Of a DNA stretch of 64,000 bases, positions 54,261 through 64,000 are shown in pieces. How positions within the stretch are numbered: the stretch's first letter is position 1; each line of letters begins with the position of its first letter. Source of the stretch: Nageia nagi (lineage: Eukaryota > Plantae > Pinophyta); NCBI GenBank assembly GCA_050084985.1, contig JBITNC010000001.1:167772001-167836000 (forward strand). Reading direction: 5' to 3'. The notes under the pieces are model-generated. The model saw only the letters and a list, made by a program, of their open reading frames with translations. It had not been told where the DNA came from and searched no databases. Made by a program: the position numbers and the translations under genes.

Positions 54261-55629
54261 TAGCTAATCCCTTAGGCTATTTTATTGGTTATGAGTAGTC
54301 ATGAATTTACTTTACTTAACCTCTATAATGTGTGTACATCAAAAATATTTTCTATTAATATCTAAAGGAGTATGTGGGTGTGCAAGTTGATTCACACCAC
54401 TATCAATAATTAGTAATTTATATAAATTTACTTAATACTTATTTCCATCATTAATATCCACATCATAAGATATGTGATTTTCCCCTACTTATTGATAAAG
54501 GTTTAAGCCTAACATAATCCAACCAATACCTAATTTTATAATTAAGACTACTAATATGAATGGTTAGACAATTGATAGTAATGATAAAAATACTAAAGAA
54601 AAAAATATCAATTCAAACCTTAATCCTAGTCAACCTATACCACCATTACCATCCCACATTCCCAAACATGAGGCCTAGGGCATGTTAAAACCACCACATG
54701 AAAACTATAACTTAATCCTATAAAGGGGGTGTTTAAAAATTGCTTCCCCAAAACCTCCCTAATTTTTGGTCTAGTGCAATCTCGAACTTAATCTCCTTAA
54801 TCTTCATAATATTAATAAATTTAAATTTTATGCTTTACAAGAGTAAATTTTTATTATATATATTAATTAAATAAATTTATTTCTAATTCTTGAGAGAGCT
54901 TAGCATGCTCTCAAGCCAAGGTTGAATTAAACTATAATAAAAAAATTGGCTCATTAAGCATCATATTATCAATATAAAAATGATAGTTCTTAGAGTAACC
55001 TCCTCCTGATAGGAAATCCATCCTTCCTATATAGTGGGATAAGGAATTAGGTTTTAACTCATTAAATATGTTTCATTATAAGGAGGTATAATGTAAAAGA
55101 GGTATTCATGATAAACCTAATAGACCTATAAGATCATGGGGAACGAATATACCATGGAATTTCAAACCAATTGGGATTAGTATGATAAAAACATTAAAAA
55201 AATACCAATGGAGATACTAGAAATAATGATTTAGGACTAAAATAAAAATGGGGCTACCTAGAAAGCATAACTCTATCATGTTTCTTTTATACTCTCTCAA
55301 CTCGCTACCAAAAATTTGAGCATGTATTCTAAATAACACAATTATAATGATATTTCTTAATCAAGGAATTAGGATCAAATAGGGAAAAGGTTTACATGAA
55401 AAAAAAGAACCTCTCTCTCTCTCATAGACACCACTATTGAGGAATATATCTAATATTATTATTAGAAATTTACCATGTTACAGTACTACCAAAATTCCAT
55501 TTAGCATCAGAGAGGGCATCAAAGTAATAAAAATATTTCCTAATGTCATTAGAATTAGTACACATCATGCATTGATTTTAGTTATTTTAATGTATCTTGA
55601 TGCTATAACTAACACTATTTTTGAATCTA

Positions 55630-55740
55630 GAGCTGACACTATATCTGATGTGAAAGTTGATGCTAGTTCTGATGCTAGGACTGACACTAGGGATGATGCT
55701 AAAGATGATTCTAAGGTTAATGCTAGATCTAAATCTAGTA
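55630..55740 (+). repeat. Degenerate 12 bp minisatellite (GATGCTAGNNNT)
   Basis: GATGCTAGTTCT GATGCTAGGACT GACACTAGGGAT GATGCTAAAGAT GATTCTAAGGTT AATGCTAGATCT. Confidence 0.75.
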
Positions 55741-56069
55741 TTTTTCTACTTAGAAATAGTTATACCATAAATAAACATTAGAAATAAATTAAATAAGAAT
55801 ACAAATCATCAAGAAAGATAATTAACCATCCAAACCCAACTTAATGGAATGACTTCCACTTCCTCAAAGGCCAGTAAATATTTAAGAAGTTAGAATTTAA
55901 TTATTCAATTTCCTCTTGAATTCTTATTAAAATTCAAAGAAGAAAAATGGAGGAAGATGTAAAAGCAATAAGGAATGGGGAGTATTATTTCATATACCTA
56001 ATGGCTTTCCTCAATAGGCATTGATACTTTTTCACCAAATACAATAAACAACAATAATTATTCAACCAT

Positions 56070-56345
56070 ATTAATTCACCTTATTCATCATCCTTAAAGC
56101 ATGCAAAAAAATGGGATATTTGCAATAGGTTTTATACATACAACAAAGACTCTTTAAAAGTGGATTTTTGTTAGATTTGTTGTTGATAATTCCCTGGTAG
56201 ATATGTATGTAAAATATGGTAGCATAGAGAAGGCACACGAATTATTTATCAAGATGCATGATATGAACATAGTTTCATGAACTATAATGATCATAGGATA
56301 TGTAAAAAATATATATGTTCAAAGATCCCATGAATTAATATAAAA
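56070..56345 (+). pseudogene. Isolated PPR L-S-P fragment
   Basis: FTLFIILKACKKMG..SGFLLD / NSLVDMYVKYGSIEKAHELFIKMHDMNIVS*TIMIIGYVKN. Confidence 0.88.
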
Positions 56346-57579
56346 AATTTGATAAAATTCTTGATTTCATATGCTAGAGATGATATCAACTATCTTTAAT
56401 GATGACATTAAGTGTCTCTAAATCTAATGCCAAGTGTCTCTAAAGCTAACATTAGGTATCTCTAAGGCTGATGCCATAAGGATATCCATTTATGATGTGA
56501 TATTTATCTTCATTTATGGAATCTGTATATAAAACAAAATATCTAATGCTAAATGCACTAAATTTAGTTATGTTAAAATCACTACAAATTATCTATATTA
56601 TAGGGGAAGCTATTCTTATAATTATTGATAAGACATGTAATATTCATCAACCATATTGGAAGTGTAATCCTTCCATAACCCTAAGTGATGTTTATCAATA
56701 TAAAAATAGATTCATATAGTACTTTTTAGAGTAACTCTTAAAGAGATAGGTTTGTTTTGCCTTACAAAAGTGAAAAAAGTAATAACACCACCATTCCCTA
56801 TTGCATGTAAAGTACATACAAAATGCATATGGGGATAAATACATCTATTAGCTACTTGGAAATTAAAATATATTATTTTAGCTTCTTATAAACATAAAAA
56901 TAAAGCTTACCAATTTTTTAACAGCGCCTTTCTAATAATATACTTAGTGCATTCATAAGGCCTTTAACATTTCAAAACAATAATTTAAATAATGATGAAG
57001 GAATATATCCCCCTCAATCTCCTCCTCATATGGTTCATTTCCAAGGTAATACAACTATTACAAATACTATTCTAAAAGAGTTACCATGAAAATGCTTCCT
57101 AATATATCTTTCTATTAAATCTTTAAAGTATATGAGAATGCTATGATTTTTTAATTAGAGGTGAAGAAAGAGCTTCCTCCACTTAAGTTGTAGGTAATAT
57201 CTTGAGAAATGATAAGGAAATTTTCTATTCAATGTACACAATTTAATAATTATTTAAGTTTAGAGGTTTATAAGCATGAACCTTGATCTTTTAGTTGTAT
57301 TAATTATGAAAATGATAAAAAAAATTATCACTTAATGAAAATTTAAAAAAGGCATGTACAGGGAGCTTAGGTAGGCACTAAGAACATTCTTTAATATTTC
57401 AAGTTTGTTGGTTTAGGGTTTAGAGAAAAGGGGCATTTTTAAAGGTAATACAAGAGGAGACGATATGAGGTGAGATTAGGCAAGTTACAAGTAAGGTCAA
57501 ATAAGGTCAAATGAGGCAAGATAAGGTCAAACAAGGGGAGACATGGTACTACGAGATGCAAGTAGATATTCTTTAGCAA

Positions 57580-59408
57580 TCTCTGATATTGTATTATTCT
57601 ACATTCTGCATATATGTTTATGCCTTGTATTTTTCTCTATTTGTTTAGAAAATCTATTTTTTTGTATCTTGTAATGATTAAAAACTATGAAACTATGTTC
57701 AAGTCATGTATCTTGTCAAATAAATCATGGGTTTTGTGTATCCTTTCACATTTTTCATGTGTTTATGGGCCTTTTTTAGAAAACCCATTTTCTATATTTC
57801 CTTTAATAATTGCAGACTATGAGACTATATTTGGATCATACATATCATGAAACAAATTTTAGGTCTTATGTATTCTTCCATATTTTTCATGTATTTATGG
57901 GTCTTTTTTAAAAAAACCATTTTGTATGTATCTTGTAATCATTGCAAACTATGAAACTATTTTTGCTTCATGCATCTTATCAAATAAGTCTCAAGTATTG
58001 TGTATTCTTCCATATTTTTCATATATGCCTATCAAGATACTTATAAACAAAACATTCAATTTACAGGCACCAAGTAGATACATCCACACTCCCAATTCAA
58101 GGTTTATTGATATTTTGGTAATGAAGTTCAAATCTCCTTCAAGATATGCTATACGAACCAAAAAATTTTATTTCCAAGCATTAAGTAAACACATCCACAA
58201 CCCAATTTAGGGTTTATTAGTATTTTGGTAGTGAAGTTCAAATGTTCTTAAAGATAGCCTTCATTTACCATAATATTTGATTTACAAGTTTAAATTAAAC
58301 ACATCCACACACCTAATTCAAGTTTTATATGTATTTTGGAAATGAAGTTCAAATCTTCCTCAAGATAGCCTTCATGAACCATAACATTAAATTTACAAGA
58401 ACCAAGTACACACATCCATATACCCAATATAGGATTTATGGGTATTTTGGTAGTGAGGTTCAAAGCTTCCCTAATATAGCCTTCACGAACCATAACATTC
58501 AATTTACAAGAAAAAAGTGAATACATCCACATACCTAATTTAAGGATTATGGATATTTTATCAATCAAGTTCAAAGCTCTCTCAAGATAGCTTACATGAC
58601 CAAGAAGGTTAACAATGCATGTATAATGGATCATCCTAGTAATAATGCAATAAGATTCACTCATGCTATTAAAGTATTCACAATCCTCATCCACTAGACC
58701 TACATCACTACATACAAATAGTACACATGCAAAGGTTATGTTGTTTTAGTTGGTTCCCAAGTGCTCCATAATATTAAAGAGTTAAAGTGTATCCTTATTA
58801 TAGCCATAAATTGCATTTCCTTGAATCATTACATTCAATGAAACTATGTCTAAATCATGCATCCTATCAAATCATTCTCAACCCTTATGTATTACTCCAT
58901 ATTTTGCATACATATCTATCAATGTAGTCATAACCATAATATTTGATGAAAAATCATTTTCAACAACTCTTTTATGGATGTACATACCTTCTTCTAGAGC
59001 TCCCATGGTGGCACATACTAAAAGAATGATGGAAAAGGTTACATAGTCCGTATTTACATATAAAAATTACAACTTCTTAAAAGTCTCTAGAGGCTTCCTA
59101 GAACATGCATTTTATGCATATCTTGTTATCATTGTATTCCATGAAAATTTGTTTACATCATGCATTTTGTTAAATAATTTTTAGGATATGTGTATTCTTC
59201 TATATTTTGCATACATTCCTATTAGGGCATTCATATCCAAAACATTCAATCAAAACTATTTTCAACTTCTATTTGATGGATGTCCATATCTTCTTCAAGA
59301 GTTGGTCATGCTACAAAAAATCCATTTTGTGCACATACAACCCATAAGATATCCATGCTTGGAGAAGGAAATCAATTGTTCAACCCATATGATCCAAGTG
59401 CATCATAT
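57580..59408 (-). pseudogene. PLS-PPR pseudogene (L-S-P-L-S-P2-L2-S2) with tandemly amplified sub-motif arrays; no DYW domain
   Basis: [49 protein letters not shown]. Then five ~111 bp copies of GYLEEALNFI.KIPIKP.LGVWMCLLG.CK and three to four ~132 bp copies of EKYGRIH..LFD.MH...IVS..MI..Y.QNG. Cut at its 5' side by the copia LTR. Confidence 0.9.
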
Positions 59409-59856
59409 TGAAGGATTTAGACCTACTCTAATCCTCAAGGTACAAGACTAGGAAACTCAACCATTCAACATAACACAAATATAATGTGGTTCCTCCCTCC
59501 TTGGGAGTACATCCACAACTAGTTCTCAATTCTCAATCTATGCACCTCTTACAACAATTCTCTTTCTCTCCTACACAACTAGTAGAGTAATCTTACTCCA
59601 AAAACTTAGTTATGTTACAAGAGGAGAGGCCCTCTATTTATAGCTTGAGAGCACCTCCCTTTAACCCAAGGATAAGGTTAGGGTTACAATAAATGTATCA
59701 CCTAACTTTAACCTACCAACTAACCACATGGTAAAGTCAATGTCTATATAATAAAGAATTCAATTAATCCCTTAAGGTATCTACATATCCTTTAAGTGAT
59801 TAATTGAATTTACAAGGAGTTTAGATATTCACAATATTTCATTACAAATTCTAACA
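59409..59856 (-). repeat. 3' LTR of the copia element (448 bp) with adjacent PPT
   Basis: TG..AACA termini. PPT AAGGGGGAG on the - strand at 59865-59857. Confidence 0.88.
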
Positions 59857-60341
59857 CTCCCCCTTAATGCAATATTGGGATAGAGCATAGAAGAGAGAAG
59901 AGAGAGAGTAAGAGAGAGTTCTCCTCCATAGAGATACAAGTGGAGATGAGAACATTTACATATTTGAGAATCTTTTTGAGAACTAGTATGAGACTCACTA
60001 CATTACCATTTGACAAAATGGTTTACAATACAATCATTAACCACAACTAGTTTCACTGTACATAGTAGTCGATCAACTTTAAGCTGACATGTGAGTCTCC
60101 ATGAGCTTGCTTACACAAGGTGAGTAACCTGCATTTTTGAAGAAGATCCTACATGCTACAAGCAACTCATGAACAAAATCAGTTAGATGCATCATATATT
60201 CAAATAAGAGAATCAAATAATGCCATCTTATAAATAACTGATCAATGGTGCACTATAAGTCATCACAGAGATGCCAAGCCATCACTCATAGTCACCTGTT
60301 GTATATAGACATGTGTTGATTTTTAATAGAGCATAAAAAAT

Positions 60342-60552
60342 TGTACAACAAGTTTCTCATGCAGAGTAAACTTACCACAGAGGTATAGAATGTACAATAA
60401 GTTCCTCATGCAGAGCAAACTTACCATGGAGGTATATCAATTATATGCTCAAAAAATTGTACAACAAGTTTCTCATGCAGAGCAAACTTACCATGGAGGT
60501 ATAAAATGTACAACAAGTTTCTCATGCAGAGCAAACTTGCCACGAAGGTATA
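60342..60552. repeat. Four ~46 bp repeats (duplicated 49 bp dimer) in the copia 3' UTR
   Basis: TGTACAACAAGTTTCTCATGCAGAGCAAACTTACCA..GAGGTATA at 60342, 60391, 60458 and 60507. Confidence 0.93.
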
Positions 60553-63500
60553 TCATAATCAACACAATATAACAACAAAAAAGGCCTCTTAGAGGTGAAG
60601 TTGTCATCACTAACAAAAGTTCAAACTTCACTCCCCCTTGAGGGCAACTTCACAACCCAAGAGAATCCCTAAGCTTGCTGAACTGAGCTTCAGGAAGGGG
60701 CTTGGTGAATAAATCAGCAGAGTTTTCAGTAGATGGACAATACTTCAAGTGTATGATGTCATCTAGAACCTTCTCCCTAATAAAATGGGCTTGTATTTCC
60801 ACATGTTTGGTTCTTTTATGGAATATAGGATTCTTAGCCAAAGAGATAGCCGATTGATTGTCTAAAGAGATAAGAGATGGGCCATTTTTCTTATACCCAA
60901 TTTCATTTAGAAGATGCCTCAACCAAATAGCATCTTGGGTAGCAACAGACATGGCTCGATATTTAGCTTTGATGGTAGAAAGAGTCACAGTAGGTTGCTT
61001 CTTGGAAGCCCAAGAGATAGCACCTAAACCAATGTTGAACACATATGCAAAGGTTGATTTTCTATCATCTCTATCTCCCCCATAATCACAATCTAAGAAC
61101 CTGGAGAGAATAATCGAGGGCACTTTGGAATACTTAAGAGCAAGATCCTTTATCCTTGCCACATACCTCAATATTTGCTTAATAGCATTGAGGTGTTCAA
61201 CATATGGTTTTTGCATCAATCATGCCATCAGATTCACTACAAAGGCAATATCAGGTCGAGAGATAGTCAGATACAAAAGACTACCAATCAATTGCCTATA
61301 AGCTGTAGCATCGGCCAACTAAGAATCTAAGCTCAGAGATACCATGATTATAGGAGAAATAGGTATTACAGCATATTTACACTCCTCCATTCCAAACTTT
61401 TGCAAGATGTCTGAAAATATACTTAGATTGACTAAGATAAGTACAATCTTTGTGTTGGTATACTTGCATCCCAAAATAGTAATACAAGAGACCTAGATCA
61501 GTTATTTCAAATGTTGCCTTCAGTTTGGAGATGCACTCTTAGATGATTTCAATATTATTTCCAGTTATGAGAAGATCATCCACATAAAGGAGAATTAATA
61601 CCATGTCTTTTCCTTGATTGAGTACATAGAGATCTGAGTCAGAGAAGCACTTGGAAAAACCAATATCTACAAAGAATCCTAAAATTTTCTTGTACCATGC
61701 TCTAGGTGCTTGCTTAAGTCCATACAAAGACTTCTTTAGCTTGCACACAAGAGACTCTTTTCCTTCTAGAATAAATCCTTCTGGTTGATTCATGTAGATT
61801 TCTACATCCAAGTCACCATTGAGAAATGCACTCTTAACATCAAGTTGAAAAGCTTTCCATCCTTGAGCTATAGAAAGAGCAAGGATTATCCTGACAGTAG
61901 GCATCTTGGCCACAGGAGCAAAGGTTTCCTCATAATCAATACCATATTGTTGAGTGAATCCTTTGGCCACTAACCTTGCTTTGTATTTTTCAATTTTTCC
62001 ATTAGAATTATACTTGACCTTGTATATCCATTTATTTCCAATCACATTTTTCTCATTGGGATAAGGAACCAAATCCCAAGTTTCATTTTTCATGAGCACC
62101 TCATACTCAACTTTCATAGCTTCCATCCAACACTTGTTCTTGGAAGCTTCTTTGAAGGTTGATGGCTCATTAGTATTATCAATTTTGGCAAATAAAGAGT
62201 TATTCAAGGTCATACTCCTTGTAATTCTCTGAGCTAGAGAATTTTGCTCTTGTGGTGACTTCCCTACATGATCATCCAACTAGTTAGGTGCAAATAAAGA
62301 ATCATCTGAATCAGACACCTCAACATGAGAGGTCGTATCCTCAGGAAGTTCATTGAACTTGACATCCCTAGAAACAAAGACTATTTTATGGGATGAGGAG
62401 TAGAGCCTGTAACCTCTGTGTTGATTATCATACCACACAAAGATGCATTTTTTTTATCTTTTATCCAACTTCTTTCTTTTCTCTGAGGTAATGAAGGTAA
62501 ATGCATCATAACCGAAGACCCTAAAGTGTGAGATGTTAGGTTTCTTTCCTATCCATGCTTCATATGGAGTTTTACCTTCAACTACTTTAGTAGGACACCT
62601 ATTTAGGGTGTGAATAGCAATGTGAACAGCTTCTCCCCATACGAAACTAGGAAGGTTACCCAACATGCACCTTGGCATTTCCATAATGGTTCGATTCTTT
62701 CTTTCAGCAACTCCATTTTGCTGAGGGGTGTAAGGGATTATGAATTGCTACTTGATCCTATGTTTAACACAATAGTTGTTAAACTCATTGCTATTATACT
62801 CACCCCCATTATCAAATCTCAGCATCTTGATCTTAAAATCAGTTTGATTTTCAACAAGAGCTTTGAAGTCTTTAAACCTATCAAAAGTTTGATCCTTGTG
62901 CTCAAGTAGATAACCAAATGTCATCCTACTGAAGTCATCAATGAAGGTCAGAACATAAGAAGCTCCCCCTAGAGACTTAGTCTGAAATGAACCCATCAAA
63001 TCTGAATGCACAAGTTGAAGAGGATGAGTAGCCCGAGTTGCCTTATCTTTTTCAAAATTTTGCCTATTCATCTTTCCTAGAATGCATCTTTCATAGAGAC
63101 CAATTGTGGGTGAAATATTAGGTAAACCTTCCACAAGTTCTTGAGTTTTCATATCTTGAATACTCTTGTGGTTAAGGTACCCTAATCGTTGATGCCAAAG
63201 ATTACCCTTTGAACAAACATTTGTAGCAAGACACATTTTTGAAGGAACTTGATCCACAATATAAAGGTCATCCTTTACTGATCCTTTCATGAAGGTGGCA
63301 AGTCCTTTCTTAACACACCAGGAGTGTGAGGTAAACTCAAATGAGTATCCTTTTCTTGTAATCTGAATTACAGAGATAAGATTCATCTTTAGTTTAGGCA
63401 CGTAAAAGACATTATCAAGAACCTTTCTATGAATCTTCACACTCCCTATTCCTTGAACATTAAGGACTGTATTATCACCTATCACAACTACATCCTTCTT

Positions 63501-64000
63501 GTACTTATGAAAGTTTTCAAACTTATCCTTTTCATAACACATGTGATTAGTGCATCCTGAATCAACAATCCAATCATTTGAAACAGTTTGAGTCATTGAG
63601 TAGTAGGCAACAGTAGCAGCATGCTTGTTCTTCTTTTTATTATTGAAATTTCTCATATTTTCATTTCCCTTACCTTTTTGAGAAAATTTCTTTTTATGAC
63701 AATCATACTCTTTGTGCCCATAGATGCCACAAAAGTTACAATTTCCATCAAACTTTTCCTGAGGTGTTGGATTGCTTGATCCAGTTTTGTCATTCCTTTG
63801 CTTGAAGTTGCCATTATTGTTGTCCTTTTTCTCATACTTCCTAAAGGTAGATGAGGACTTGTTATCTTGAAAGGAGTTTTGGTTGCTCCTAGAGCAATGT
63901 TATTGTCCTTTGGAGAAAGGTTCAACATTTTCTTACTCAAAGTTTCCTCATGCTTCAGAAGGAGTCTAGAGAGGTTATCAAGAGAAATGACATCTTCTTC

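Larger units (their letters stand above)
48661..54525 (+). repeat. Tandem triplication of a ~2.1 kb unit carrying PPR pseudogene fragments
   Basis: Units start ATATTTATATGTTCATATAATATGAG at 48661, 50780 and 52992 and are colinear throughout. The third unit is truncated at ~54525. Confidence 0.93.
59409..64000 (-). mobile_element. Ty1/copia retrotransposon (gag-PR-INT-RT-RH plus 3' LTR); 5' end beyond the window
   Basis: Zinc knuckle CNFCGIYGHKEYDC, protease WIVDSGCTNHM, LWHQRLG, integrase VHSDL..FIDDFSR..DNGGEY, RT YKARLVAKG..QLDVKSAFL..LYVDD, RNase H ADLFTKPL. A few frameshifts and stops. Confidence 0.97.

Noticed and set aside
55437-55781. 114 aa ORF with DA-rich repeats
   Set aside because: TTG start, held open by a 12 bp minisatellite, and no domain evidence.
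59085-59105. 10 nt match (GCTTCCTAGA) between the hairpin arm and the PPR pseudogene as a miRNA target site
   Set aside because: Too short to be significant in 64 kb, and the flanks do not extend the pairing.
60342-60552. Short regular repeats (also 24141-24250, 26420-26530 and 40386-40470) as a CRISPR-like array
   Set aside because: No unique spacers, no cas genes and a eukaryotic TE context. These are simple tandem duplications.
1-64000. tRNA or rRNA genes
   Set aside because: Only short PBS-type tRNA complements are seen. No cloverleaf or rRNA-like conserved blocks.

Overview
AT-rich eukaryotic nuclear DNA from a repeat-dominated plant genome. A gymnosperm/conifer origin is inferred from the PPR motif style, the retroelement types and heavy CG/CHG C-to-T decay. 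One intact gene is clear: an intronless PLS-class PPR-DYW organellar C-to-U RNA-editing factor (18436-20886, +). Decayed PPR copies cluster at 49-59 kb: a ~2.1 kb unit triplicated in tandem carrying four N-terminal PPR fragments, a + strand fragment, and a - strand pseudogene whose sub-motif pieces are amplified as 111 bp and 132 bp arrays. Most of the rest is nested, decayed retroelements: Ty3/gypsy (one with a long extra ORF after integrase), Ty1/copia, two solo LTRs with exact 5 bp target-site duplications, a 4.7 kb two-LTR element with no recognisable genes, and L1 and RTE-X-like LINEs. The most unusual signal is a CpG-retaining, TATA-led, apparently spliced - strand unit (28.66-31.47 kb). 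Its third exon holds a GATC-delimited A-B-A'-B' inverted array that forms a miRNA-like hairpin, and removing the 53 bp inverted half restores one reading frame. Coordinates of decayed elements are approximate and all homology calls come from motif recognition by eye, not database searches.
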